From Rebecca billardiae RCC1528 (taxonomy: Eukaryota > Protista > Haptophyta): a stretch of 64,000 bases of DNA. The DNA lies in assembly GCA_965240325.2 (NCBI GenBank), contig OZ251227.1, positions 3,162,001-3,226,000 of the forward strand, in the 5' to 3' direction. The notes under the pieces were generated by a model, which worked only from the letters and a program-made list of their open reading frames with translations, had not been told where the DNA came from and made no database searches. The stretch's first letter is position 1; each line of letters starts with the position of its first letter. Made by a program: the position numbers and the translations under genes. Below are positions 9,831-22,114 of the stretch, piece by piece.

Positions 9831-11237
9831 CTATGGCACGCGGTCCCACCAGCCTGGCCCGGTCTCGAGCACGTCATAGTGCGAGCCCCCGCTGTACAGC
9901 ACGTTGATGATGGTCGTGGCGGGCGGCTTGGGCGGCGCGGGCGCCTGCTCCGCGTCGCCGACGCCGCCGCCCGCGTCGAACTGCGTGATCAGCCTGAACG
10001 TGCGCGCGCTCGCCTCCGAGCGCTCGTACACGCGCACGACGGCGCGCCGCACGTGCGCGACGACCGCCATCTCGATCGCGCCGCCCCAGGCGGACATGGT
10101 GCGCATGCGCGCGGCGTACGCGCGGACGTCGAGGCCCGAGTCCCACAGCACCCAGTCCCGCAGCGGCGCGTCGGCGAGCTCGACCTCCGCCGACGCCTCG
10201 ACGAAGTCCGCCACCTCGCGCCGCAGCGCCTTGGCCTTGGCAAGCCCAAGCCCGAGCCCGTGGCACAGCGAGTGAAAGAGACACGAGCCGTCTCCCGGCT
10301 GCGGCACGACGCGCGCGTCGACGAGCTCGGAGGCGTCGTCGGCGTCCGGCTCGGCGCGCGCCGCCGCCTCCGCCTCGATGGCCTCCTGCGACTTGCCCAC
10401 GTTGAGCCACGCGTCGCGGTGCTCGTCGCGCGACTGCGGGAAGTGTGGGCAGCGCGCCGTGTCGTGAGGGCCGTCGCACTTGGCGCAAGGCCCCGGCGTG
10501 TTGCGCGCGGCGGCGGCGCGCGCCTGCTGCGCGTGCGTGGGGCGCGAGAGCGCGGAGAGCAGCGCGCGCTGCGGCTCGGCCACCTCCGCGCGCGGCGGCA
10601 GCTGCGTCGTCGCGTGCGCCGCCTCGAGCAACGTCGCGCGCTCGGCGGCCGCGGCCGCCGCCACTTCCTCCGCGCTCGGCGGCGGCGGCTCCGGCTCGTG
10701 GCCGTCCTCGCCGTCGTCCGCGGCGGGCGCCGCGGCGGGCGAGCCGTCGACGGGCGCGCCGGGCGCGTCGAGGCCGGCCTCGCCCGTGGCACCGCCGCCG
10801 CCGCCGACGCGGAGTCTGTCGGCGCGCTCGGCCCGCGCGCCCGCCACCGCGTCGCGCGCCGCCTTCTGAAAGGAGCCCGAGCCGTCCTCCGACGCTTTGC
10901 GCTCGCCGACGAGCTTGAAGGTGACGGTGTACTTGCCGTTGCGGCGCTGCGCCTGGTCGAGCGCGCGGATGAGGGCGGGGCCCTGCAGCCGCTTCCCGTC
11001 GACCGCGACGCACCGCCAGCCGCGGCGCACCGAGCTACTCTCGCTCGCGATCACGACGTGGCCGCGCTTGCCGCCGAGCGCGAACGCGGCGGGCGTCGGG
11101 TAGCCGCGCAGCTCGACGTCTCGCTCGGGCGCGTCGGTCTCCCAGTCGGACACGTGCTGCGACGCGGGCGAGATCCGCTGCTTCAGGCCCTTGTGGGGCT
11201 CGGCGCCCGCCGGCCGCCGGGCGGCGTCCGTCGCCAT
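9831..11237 (-). CDS. OTU-family deubiquitinase with CCHC zinc knuckle
   Basis: PGDGSCLFHSL (Cys loop), WGGAIEM, LYSGGSHYDVL (His loop), and CAKCDGPHDTARC. Confidence 0.88.
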   Translation of the reverse strand: MATDAARRPAGAEPHKGLKQRISPASQHVSDWETDAPERDVELRGYPTPAAFALGGKRGHVVIASESSSVRRGWRCVAVDGKRLQGPALIRALDQAQRRNGKYTVTFKLVGERKASEDGSGSFQKAARDAVAGARAERADRLRVGGGGGATGEAGLDAPGAPVDGSPAAAPAADDGEDGHEPEPPPPSAEEVAAAAAAERATLLEAAHATTQLPPRAEVAEPQRALLSALSRPTHAQQARAAAARNTPGPCAKCDGPHDTARCPHFPQSRDEHRDAWLNVGKSQEAIEAEAAARAEPDADDASELVDARVVPQPGDGSCLFHSLCHGLGLGLAKAKALRREVADFVEASAEVELADAPLRDWVLWDSGLDVRAYAARMRTMSAWGGAIEMAVVAHVRRAVVRVYERSEASARTFRLITQFDAGGGVGDAEQAPAPPKPPATTIINVLYSGGSHYDVLETGPGWWDRVP

Positions 11238-11497
11238 TGGGTGGGTCGCTCGGCTGCCTGTGCAGTCGTTCGGCCACTCACTCCGCAGACGGCCAGTCGC
11301 GCGCCGCCGGGGACGAAATCCGGTTACGTACGTATGAAACGTCGTCACATACCAAGTCCGGGCAGGCCGCGACGAGGTTGTTACCGCCAGTTGCGAGTGG
11401 CGCACGCTCGGCGCGACACAGTGGCATCAAGCGGGGCGATGGTGATGCGCCCGCAGCGGTGGTGAACTGCTCGCTGCCACGCCCCACGTCTCCCCCG

Positions 11498-14400
11498 ATG
11501 AGCTCGCCGGAGGAGGCGGCCATCGAGCTCGCGAAGGCGGCGAACGAGTGGCTCGGCCTCGTGCGCAGCCTCGTCCAGCGCAACGCCGACCTCAGCCCGC
11601 TCGCCGCCGAGACTGAGCTTGACGAGCGCGCGGCGCGCGCGTGGCCGCGGCTCGCGCAGGCGATCGCGTCCGTGCGCGAGGCGCTGCTGCGCGAGGCGAG
11701 CGCGGCGTCCGCGCGGATCGCGGTGGACGCGATCAACGACGCCACCGTCGACCGCCTCTCCGGCTACGTCGGCGGCGAGCACAAGGCGGATGCGCGGCAC
11801 GCCATCATCGACATGACCGTCACGTGCGAGGCTGTCGTCCGAGCGCTCGAGGGGTACAGCCCGCCGCCGCCGCCGTCGGCGGCGGAGGCCCCCGCCGAGC
11901 CGACGGTGCCCGAGCTGCCCTCCGCGCAGCTCGACTACGTCGACTCGCCCATCGGCATCGGCGCGCTCTCGCCCGAGCCCGCCGAGGTGCGGGACGAAGA
12001 TGAGACGCTGCTCGGCGCCGGCCCGGAGGCGGAGCTGCCGCCGCCGGCGCGCGCCGAGGCGGCGGGCGGCGCGCGCGGCGGCGGTGGCGGCGGGGCGGAG
12101 GAGGTGCCCGTGGACGAGGCGCCGCCCACGCCGCACAGCCAGCGCCACGCGCGCCCGCTCAGCCCCGCGCCCAGCGTGCCAGATGAGCGGCTCCCGCCGC
12201 CGGAGCCAAAGCCACCGCCGCCGCCGCCGGCCGCCGCGCCCGCGCCGCCGGCCGGCGGCGGCGGTGGCGCGAGCGGCGCGGCCGGCGCGGCGGCGCCGCC
12301 GTCTCGCGGGCTGCAGATCAGCGTGGTGCAGGACGAGCGCACGGCGACGAAGCGCGCGCTGCCGGGCGGAGGTGCGAACACGGCAGGCGGCGCCCGCCGC
12401 CGCCGCCCGCCGCCGGTCGCCGGCCTGCCAACCATGTGGCAGCTGGCGGGCGAGGTGGCGGAGGGGGTGGTGCCCGCCGAGACGGCCGCTGAGGTTGAAG
12501 CCCGGCGCGCGGGGCTGCGCGAGCTGCAGACGGTGCTGTACGAGCTGGACGGCGAGGCGCTGCGCGGCATGTGCGCGTGGCTGCGCGCCGCCGACGCCGC
12601 CGCCGTACTTGTCCCCCTCATCTGCGACGACGACGCCGCGATCGCCGAGGCCGCGACGCACATCACGGCCAACCTGCTCTCGGCCGAGTGCGACTCGGCC
12701 GAGGGGGTCCGGGCCTCCCGGACCGAGCTGCTCGGCGCGGGGCTGGTCGACGCGCTGTGCGCGCGGATGGCTCCACTCGCGCGCGCGGCCGACACGCCGC
12801 CGCGCACGCGCGGCGCACCGGGCGCGGCCGGCCTCGCCGCGGCGGGCATGCAGGCGGCGATGTATGCGTGCTATGCCCTGCACAACACGGCGTCCCTCGA
12901 CAGCGCGGGCGCGGACGCGGTGCGCGCGTCGGCCGCGGCGGAGGCGCAGCTGGCGAACGCGGCGCTGGGCGGCGAGGGCGCGGCCGCGGTGCTCGAGTCT
13001 CGCGGCGAGAATTCTGCCGCCGAGGCGGCGCGCATGGCCGCGCGCCTCGCGCTGAGCACGCTGTCGAACGTGGCCGCGCGCTCGTCGCTGCGCGCGCCGG
13101 ACGCGCGCGCGCTCGGCCTCGACGAGAGCTCGCACGCGGACCTTCTCTCGCGCCTCGGCGCGCTGCGAGCGTCGGTGGGCGGCGCGGAGGGGGAGGAGGC
13201 GGCGGAGCGGCGGCGCATTCAACCGCCCTTTCTTGAACTGCCGACCATCTGGGAGCTGGCCGGAGAGGTGGGCGAGGGCGTCGCGCCCGCGCCGAGCGCG
13301 GCGGAGCTCGAGGCGCGGCGCGCGCGGCTGCACACGCTGCGCGCCGCGCTGCAGGCGGTGAGCGGCGACGACTCGGCCGCAATCTGCATGTGGCTGCGCG
13401 GCGCCGACGCCGTGAGCGTACTCGTGACGTTAGCCGGTGGCACCGACGCGGAGCTAGCCGAAGGCGCGGCGCACGTGCTCGTGCTGCTGCTCTCGTCGCA
13501 CGCCGACGGGCCGGAGGGCGTGCGCGCGTCGCGCCGCGCGATGCTGGCCGCCGGCGTCGTCCGCGCGCTCGCGAGGCCGCTGCGCGCGCTCGCGGCGGAG
13601 GGCGGCGAGGAGGAGGAGGACAATCAGGACGGCGGCGGCGGCGGCGCGGGCGGCGGCGGCGGCGCGGGCGGCGGCGGCGGCGCGGGCGGCGGCGGCGGCG
13701 CGGGCGGCGGCGGCGGCACGATGCAAGCGTGTCTGCACGCGGCGAGCGTGCTGCACGGCCTCACCGCGGACCGCGCCGACCCCGACGAGCCGTCCGCCGC
13801 CGAGGGCGCCGACGCCGTGCGCTCGACTCTCACCGAGGGCCCTCTGGCATCACTAGTGCTCAACGCATCTGACGCCGCCGAGGAACTTGACGCTGAGGGC
13901 GACGGCGTGGCGGCGGAGTGCGCGCGCGGCGCGGCGCAGCTCGCGCTGCGCACGCTGCGCCACGTGCACGAGCGCGCGACGCTGCCGCCGCCGGGCGCCG
14001 CGGAGCTCGGGGCGCACGCCGAGGCGTACACGCTCGTCGTCGAGACGCGCTTCTCAGAGGGCGGCGGCCGCGGCGGCCGCTCGTCGTACTATGCCGAGCA
14101 GGGCGGCGCGGAGCAGGGCGGCGCGGCGGGCGGCGGCGGCGCGGCCGCGGCGGCGCTCGCGATCGTCGACGGCCCGCCGGGCGGCGCCGCGCGCGCCGCC
14201 GAGCTCCAGCCGGGCGCGGACGACGCCGACGCCGACGCGGACGAACCCGACGCCGACGCGGACGCGGATTATGCGCGTTGGCTCGGCGCGCCGCTGCCGC
14301 CCCCGGGCGACACGTGGGCGCGGCGCCGGCTTCGGCCGCCCTTTGCCGAGCTTCCGAGCGTGTTTGCGTTGGCGGGCGAGACTGCGCTCGGCGTGAACCC

Positions 14401-14732
14401 GGTCGAGTCGGACGAGGAGCTGGAGGAGCGGCGGGGCCTGATGCGCGCCGTGCAGGCGGCCATGTTCGACGCGTCGCCGGCCGACGTGCGCGCGATGTGC
14501 GCGTGGCTGCGCGCGGCCGACGGCCTCCCAGTTCTGCTCGAGATTTCGTCAGAGCCTGACGCTGAGGCGGCCGAGGCGGCGATGCAAATGCTCGCCGCCG
14601 CACTCTCCACCGACTCCGACTCGGCGGCGGGCGTGCGCGCGGCGCGCAGGCAGCTGCTCGGCGCCGGCCTCGTCGGGATGTTGGAGCGGCGCCTCGCGCC
14701 CCTCACCTACGCGGGGAGCGCCGTCGCCGCGC

Positions 14733-14764
<32 letters not shown>

Positions 14765-16115
14765 GAGGGCGAGGGCGGCGCCGACGACGACGCTCTTGAC
14801 GCGCTCGCTGCTTCGATCCAGGGCTCGCTGTACGCCATCGTCACCGCGCACAACCTCTCGGCGGGGCAGTCGGAGGGCGCGGACGCGGTGCGCGCCGCCG
14901 ACTTGCTCGAGGCCCAGCTGTCTGCCGTGGTGCTCTCGGGGCCGTTGCTCTCGCGCCAGCTCGCGGCGCGCGGCGACACGGCCGCGGCGGACGCGGCCGC
15001 GATCGGCGCGCGGCTCGCGCTCGGCGCGCTGAGTAACCTGGAGGAATATTGTACGCTGCCGCCGCCGGGCGCGGGCGCGCTCACGCGCGGCGACGAGGCC
15101 GCGGGCGCGGCGGAGCTGCACGAGCAACACGCCGCGCTGCGCGCGCGGATCGACCGGCAGCTCAGCGACAAGATGGCCGCCCGCGTACGCCTGCGCCATG
15201 CCGCACGCGTCATTCAGCGCGCCGCACGCGAGTACATTGGCGCGCGCTCGCGCGCGCGCGCCGACGCTTCGGAGCGCGACGCGCGGCGCGCGGAGCGGGA
15301 CGGGCGCGCGAGGGAGGCGGCGGCGACGCGGCTGGGCGCCGCGGCGCGCGGCCGGCTCGCGCGGCGCGCGGACGGGCCGGCTGCGCGCAGGCGCGACGCG
15401 CGCGACGCCGCCGCGGCGGCGGCGGCCGCCGCGGCGAGGGCGGCGGCCGAGGCGGCGGCGGCGGCGGCGGCGGCGCGCGAGCAGGCGACGCGCCAGCGCG
15501 CGTCGGTCCGCATTCAGGCCGCGACGCGCGGCCGTCTCGAGCGCCGGCCGGGCGGGACGATCGCGCAGCGCCGCGCCGCCGGCCTCGCCGCCTCGCGTGA
15601 GCGCGCCGCCGCGCGCATCCAGGCGACGGTTCGCGCGCGCAAAGCTCGGCGACCTGGCGGCGAGATCGCGCGTCGGCGCGCGGCGGGCGCGCAGCGCCGC
15701 CGCGCGCGCGCCGCGACCACGATCCAGGCGCACGCGCGCGGGCGGCGCGAGCGGAAGCCGGGCGGCACGATCGCGCGGCGGCGCGCGGCGCGCGCGCTGC
15801 GGCAGCGCCATGCCTCGGCGCGGCAGATCCAGCGCGTCGCGAGGGGTCGGCTCGGCAGGCGGCGCGCGCTCGAGCGGCGCGCGGCGGTGGCGGCGGACGT
15901 GGAGGCTGCGGCGGCGCGCGCGGCGCACGCCGCCGCGTCCGAGGCGGCGGCGGCAGAGGCGGCGGCGCAGGCGGCCGAAGCGCGCGCGGACGCGATGCGC
16001 GAGGCCTCCTCCGGCCAGCAGCCGACCAGCGCAATCCCCGCGCTCCCGCCGCTGCCGGGCGCGCGAACCGACGGCGCCGAAGGCGCGGGCAGCGCGGGCG
16101 ACGGCGGCGGCGTCG

Positions 16116-16147
<32 letters not shown>

Positions 16148-17665
16148 CGCGACAGCCAGCCGTGGACAGCCGACTCGAGCCTGCCCGACGCTCCTGGCCC
16201 GGCGGCGCACGGCGCGTTCGGCTTCGGCGTGGGCGCGGGCCCGGCGGCGCACGTCGCCGCCCACGCCACACAGACGGAGGACGAGGAAGACTTAGGCGTC
16301 GACGGCGGTCGTCCGCGCGCGAACCGCCGCCCGCTGCTACGCGACGCTATCGTCGGCCCGGACATGCCCGGCACCCCCGTGCTCGCGTACAAGACACCCG
16401 GCCGCGCGCCGCGCGAGGCGCGCGGGCAGCAGACGCTCTCGTCGTACCTCGGCCGCGTCGGCGGGCTCCCCGCAGACGCGGAGCACGGCGCGGCGGACGC
16501 GCGCGCCGCGCACGCCGAGTTGGCTGAGGCATCGCATGAGCTGCTTGCCGCGCGCGCGCGCACTCTGTCGCACGCGCGCGCGCAGCAGGAGGCGCGCGGG
16601 CGCGGCGGCGGGTACGAGCCTGCCGGCGGCGGGTACGGCGCCGACGCCGAGCAGCGCCGGCGGCAGCGGCTCTCCGGCGGCGCCGGCGGCATGGCGGCGC
16701 GCGGCCGACACGAGCGGAGGGTCTCTCCCAAAGCGGGGCTGCCGGCTGTTGTCAGGCTTAGGCCCGGAGCTGACGAATCGCCGCTGGCGGCGCCGAGCCG
16801 GCCGCGCGGCCGGCCCTCGCCGCCGCGCGCGCGCTCGATCGGCCGCGTGCCGCCCGGCGCCGTGTACATCCCGTGGGCGTCGGACGCGCGCGTGCCCGTG
16901 TCCGAGCCGCGCCGCGCGGCGCGCGCGCGCGGCGCGCCCCGCGCCGATCGCGAGCGGCGTCCGTGGCGTGACGACGCGCGGCGCGGCGGCGGCGCGGTCG
17001 ACGCGGCGGCGGCGGGCTGGGAGGGCGCGGACGAGTATGAAGACGACGACGGCGCCGCCGAAGACGATGGCGGCTGGGGCTACGACTCGCGCCGCGGGAG
17101 CTACGATGACGGAGCCGCCGCCGACCCCCTCCGCCGCTCCTACCCGCCGCCGCGCCGCGCGCCGCCCGCCGCCGCCGCGACGCGCGCGCACGCTCTCAGC
17201 TACACGCACGCGGCGCCTGGCTACTACGACGAGCCGCCGCGGCGGCGCGTGCCGCTGACCGAGGCGCCGGCGCCGAGGCACGCGCGCCGACGCCCGTCGA
17301 ACGAGCGCGGATCGCTCGTGATGGACCTGCGCTCCCGCAGCTACCCGGCGCCGGCGCACGCGGCGGCGGGCTACGGTGACAGAGGCGGCGGCCGCGGACG
17401 AGAGCAGCCGCAGCGGCTGCCGCGGCTCAGCGCCGCGCAGCAGCAGGCGCAGCGGCGCGCGTCGCGCGACCCGCACTCGCGCGCGTTCCGAGCGCACGTC
17501 GCCGAGATGCTCAGGTACCAGGACGAGAACGGGCGGCTGCCGCCGCCCTCGCAGGCGGTGAACCGCTGGACAGGCGCGGGCGGCGGCGCGGGCGCGGGCG
17601 GCGGCGGGCTGGCGCCGCGCGCCGCGCACGCGCAGCACCGCGGCCGCCCGACGATGTATGCCTAG
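11498..17665 (+). CDS. Large protein with three ARM-like helical modules and an IQ calmodulin-binding motif array
   Basis: Three modules begin RRR.PP...LP..(W/F).LAGE and contain C.WLR.AD and GADAVR. At least five IQ motifs follow (IQRAAR, IQAATRG, IQATVR, IQAHARG, IQRVARG). Confidence 0.75.
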
Positions 17666-17988
17666 CTTGCAGCAGCATAACTGCATTATAAGCAGCAGTA
17701 GCATACAGTTGTCGTCGTCATCTGAGGAGCAGCAATCAGCAGCAGTAGAAACGCATCGTCATGAAGTGCAGTAGCGTGTCGTCCCGCGGTCCGGGACCGC
17801 GGACACCGCCACCGGTCATGGCGGTCATCGACTCCTCCGTCCTCGAGACTGAGTGACAGCAGCACTCAGTCTCAGACAGAGTGACTGACAGAGTCGTCGA
17901 TGAGAGTCGAGGAGGCCTGCTGATCAATAGGCCGACGACGCGACGACTCGGCTGATGACGATGCCGCCGTCAGTCCGTGATCGTGAGT

Positions 17989-19682
17989 GACAGGTTGCAC
18001 GGGAAACTGACCTTGGTGTTACATTCGGCCCGCCTTTGGAGCATGGCTGCCCGCCCACGGTGCCCTCGCGGGTGCGGCCGTTGCTGCCGCGCCATGTACG
18101 ACTCAATGAGTCTTGCGCACGGTTTAGGCCGTGACTACTGACGCACATGTAGCAGACCGAGCCCTCCTCCCAAGCTCGCCAAGGGCCCGACCGCGTCATT
18201 TGAAGAGCAGCCGCCACGAGCGTCATCCACTCGACTCGGTCGGCACGATACGTGCGAGACGAGGTTGCGACGGCGCGCAACTCCTCGTCATCGTCAGGAG
18301 TCAGCCAGCGAGCACCCTGCGGCCGCACCTCGGCGACCTAGCACACGCAAGGCAGACTCGACCTTGGGCGAGCCCTGGAGACCTCCGCCTCGAGCTGGAT
18401 GCCACGCGTAGCAGCCTGAGTCGACGTCGTGGAAAGGCACACGCATGCATAGAGCATCAGACAGTGCGCCGCATCTGCCTGCCGGAGTGTACCATCACCG
18501 CGCCCGCGCGGCCGGGTTGAAGAAGAAGTCGTCAACGAAGAGCGAGCCGGCGTCCAGCGGAACGGGCGGTGCAGCCGGCGCCGCGCTGTGCGAACATGGT
18601 GGAAGCCGACCGCTGCCGCGCGCGACGTGAGCGAGCTGGCGCACGCCAGTCAGCTGCGGATGATGCGGCGAAGAGGCGCGCTACCACCTACTCCACCTCG
18701 CGCGACTTAGTCTTGCTGCCGTGATCACACACGCGCGCGACCAATGACATACTCAACGTCGAGCGCCTGAGTGCTGTCTCGAAAGGTGCCTTCCCCCTCG
18801 CTCAGGGCGTGCCTGTCGGCGTGGTCGAGCGCCGCGCTCGTCGCCTCGGCCTGCTGAGCGTCAGCGAGGCGCTTGTCAAGGATCGCCTGCTTGCTGCGTC
18901 ACGGCGCGCGAGTGCGCCACGCGCACGACCAAATGTGTGCGTTTCCGATACTTTTTGCCGGCGGCAAAGGCAGACTGCCCAGAGTTCGCCTGCTTGTCCG
19001 AGGACCCCGCGCCAGACGCCTGCACGGCCGGAGCAGCGGCCCGAGCTGCAACAGCAGAGGCCGCGCGCGCCGTAGCAAGCTTCGCCCTCGCGCGCTGCAC
19101 GCGTTTGGCGAGCATCTCCTTCTGCTTCCTTAGCGCACTACGGTTGCCCGCCTTCTTCTACGAAGGCCTCGTGAGGCGAGCTCCACAAGCACTCGCGTGT
19201 GTGGTCCGAGTCACCTCTGCCACCTCGCACGGTTGCGCGCTCGTGCGTACGGTATGAGCAGTGCAGCAGGAGACCAGCACACGTTCGTGCAAAGGTGCAC
19301 GCGCATACCGCAAGCGACGCATCCTGCTCGTTCGCGAGAGCAGCCTCCTTGAAGGCTCTATCTACCACCTGTATCCAGGTCCCAGTTGTGCTTCTTCCCG
19401 ACGCGCTTCGGCTTCGCGCCACTGCCGACGCGGGAGTGAGAGGAACTGGGCACCAGACTGCGGTACCGATTGCGGGCGAACGGGGAGGCGGGCCGTGGCG
19501 GCGAAGGTCGGAAACCACCGGCATTCGTGTGCTCCGTGGTTTCCAAGCACTCGCGCCACGCGCCGGCCGCCATGGGACGGGCGCGATGTACCGAAAGACG
19601 GGTGGACAGGTCGCGTGACTCGCGTCCACTGTGAATGTAACATCTGTCAGTCGCGGGCGGTCATTTCTCCGTGCAACCTGTC
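17989..19682. mobile_element. Non-autonomous TIR DNA transposon, copy A (1694 bp)
   Basis: TIRs GACAGGTTGCACGG / CCGTGCAACCTGTC. 4-bp TSD GAGT at 17985-17988 and 19683-19686. Ends are shared with the copy at 56301. Confidence 0.85.
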
Positions 19683-20573
19683 GAGTAGTACGTCGTGCTA
19701 ACGTTGCCAGCAGTGCCATCGCAGTCGACGAATATCGATCGTCGATATCATCATCACCGCCGCTCGAGTCGATGTATGATGAGCAGCGCAGGCCGAGTCG
19801 CTCCATCAGTCAGTCGTCGCCCGTGATGTCTGATGACTGCTGGCAGTCTGGCTGGGCGGACCGATGACCTGTCTGCTGTGATGCCGGTCATCCTGTAGTC
19901 AATTGGCTGCGTCATCGTAGTTTAATAGTAGTTAGTGAAAACCACACTTCTACAGTAATGATGTGCTGGTCGCGTCCGCTGATCCGCCCAGCTTCCGATA
20001 CGATGACGACGCGGTCACCTACCGCCAGTGACTAAATTGTATACGCGTACTCCAATCATCCTATATTAATTATATATTTAACGACGTGGCAGCATCGGAC
20101 AAGCGTCAGGCTCAAGAGTGCAACAGACACATAGAATGCGTCCGCGCCTTTAATATATATATGTAATAAGCGTAAAGCGGCACTGCTACTGTCTGCCTGA
20201 GACTCTGTGTGCGTCTCTTATTCGATCTTAGTAAATAACTGCTGTACTGCTACCCGGCGCGCGGCGCGGCGGACGAATATACTTTTATACATGGCGCGTG
20301 ACGACGCCAGCCGTCACTGGGAGCCTATATACTTATTATTATATAGGAGGGGTCGTCAGGGACAGGCGCGGCTGACTTGTCGGGGTCTGCTACTGGCGGA
20401 CGACGGTCCATCAGTCATCATCACCGCTCCACGACTCACTCAAGACCCGCGTACTCTCCGCGACCGCAGCAGTCCGCAGACTCACCGCCGGCCACGCCGC
20501 CACGCGAACTCACCGCGCCGCCTGAACACAGGCATCAGCACTCAGCAGTCGTCTCAGTGAGCAGTACTAGTGC

Positions 20574-21878
20574 TCAGTTCAAGTTGCCCAGGGCAAGTAT
20601 TAGCAGCAGCATCAGATCGACGAAGAAGTCGATGACGATGTCGCCCAGTAGCAGCAGCAGCCGGCGCGCGGCACGCCACAGCGGTGCCAGGCAATAACGC
20701 CACAGCGCAGTCGCGGCGTATCCGAGCAGGACCATCTCGCTGATGATGCGGGTGCGGATGAGGAGCGAGCACGCGCACGCCAGCTCCGCGATGGTCGCGC
20801 ACGCCGAGATTAGTCGCTCCTCGCGCTCTGCGGCCGCGGCCGCGGCAGCGGCGGTGAGTGGCGCGGAACGACCGCGCATGCACCACAGGCGCGCCAGGCA
20901 CATGCCCAGATACCTTGCACCTGCGAGCGCCTTGAGTGTGATCACCATCTCGGGCAGCGAGATCAGCAGCTGCTCAACCAGCCAGTCCGCGCCGAGCAGC
21001 GGCAGCAGCCCGGGCCCCAGCCCGTGGCTTAGCGACCCGAGCACCGTCCGGCAGAGCTTCGCACTCGGCCCAATCAGCATGCACGCCAGGGGCGAGACGT
21101 GAAGGCGGGTGCTCAGCTCCTGCCACAGCAGAGCACATGCGCTCGGCGTTGGGAGGCGGACACCCAGGGCGACGTAGAGCATCAGCCCGCGTTGCAGCAG
21201 CGGGAGGACGAGAAGCGGCAAGCTGAGCCGCATGAGCACCCTGTCGCCCACGTTCCGCGTTAGCTCCGCGCGCGCGAATGGGCAGTTCTCGACGAGGTCG
21301 GCGCTGAGCAGAGACGCGGGCGATGGCTCGAGCAGCTGGTAGAAAGGAATGAGCGCGAGCGCGGCCGTGAGGGCGTGGATGAGCGCCAACTCGACGAGCT
21401 TGCCGGGCGACGAGCACACGAGCCGATGCCCCACAAACCAGTGGCAGCGCTGGCACTGTGGCGAGCAGTATCGCGCCGCCCGGCAGCGCTTGCACTTCAG
21501 CCTCGCGCGCTGCACGCAGCCGGGCGCGGCGCACGCTTTACACGCCAACGGGCATGCGTCCGTGTGCGAACGCAGCTGGCCAACAGGGACCAGCTCGGCG
21601 CAGCCGAGGGGCGCGTAGTCGCACGCGATGTGCAGCCGTTTGAGCGCCCTGGCCAGTTTGCGGCCGACCGGCGGCGTGGCCAGCAGAGTCTCGACGTCGA
21701 TCGTCGTGTCGTCGTCGCACGCCGGACATGAGCCGCGCTCGAGTGCGCACGCCGTGCAGAGCGCGTGCGCGCGAGCGCCGCAGAGGACGGGCTCGCGGAG
21801 CACCGCCGCGCAGATGGGGCAGATGAGCGCCTGTGGCGGTGCCTCGGCGAAGCGCTCCACGGCGTACCCGCCAGGCAT
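20574..21878 (-). CDS. RING + TRAF/SIAH-type Zn finger + MYND + hydrophobic C-terminal domain (putative membrane E3 ligase)
   Basis: CPIC..C..H..CTAC..CPAC (C3HC4), HIAC..GC..H..C, and CAAPGC..CKRC..YCSPQCQ..HW..H..C (MYND), followed by several hydrophobic segments. Confidence 0.82.
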   Translation of the reverse strand: MPGGYAVERFAEAPPQALICPICAAVLREPVLCGARAHALCTACALERGSCPACDDDTTIDVETLLATPPVGRKLARALKRLHIACDYAPLGCAELVPVGQLRSHTDACPLACKACAAPGCVQRARLKCKRCRAARYCSPQCQRCHWFVGHRLVCSSPGKLVELALIHALTAALALIPFYQLLEPSPASLLSADLVENCPFARAELTRNVGDRVLMRLSLPLLVLPLLQRGLMLYVALGVRLPTPSACALLWQELSTRLHVSPLACMLIGPSAKLCRTVLGSLSHGLGPGLLPLLGADWLVEQLLISLPEMVITLKALAGARYLGMCLARLWCMRGRSAPLTAAAAAAAAEREERLISACATIAELACACSLLIRTRIISEMVLLGYAATALWRYCLAPLWRAARRLLLLLGDIVIDFFVDLMLLLILALGNLN

Positions 21879-22114
21879 GCCGGCGGCGTTGAAGCGAGCG
21901 TGCAGCCACCGAGCGGGCGGAGAGGCGCGGTTGCGCGAGCGTCAGCGGCTCAGCGCACGCAAAGCTCGCGCGCGCCGCGCGGCGGCACCGGTGCCGCTCG
22001 CGAGATCCAGGGGCGTTCCCCGCGCGGGTCATGCGCCAATAAAAACTCACGCGCGAAAACAAAGCGCGGAAAATGAAAACGCGCTTGGCGCCGAAGGCGC
22101 GCTGGCGTCGATGG

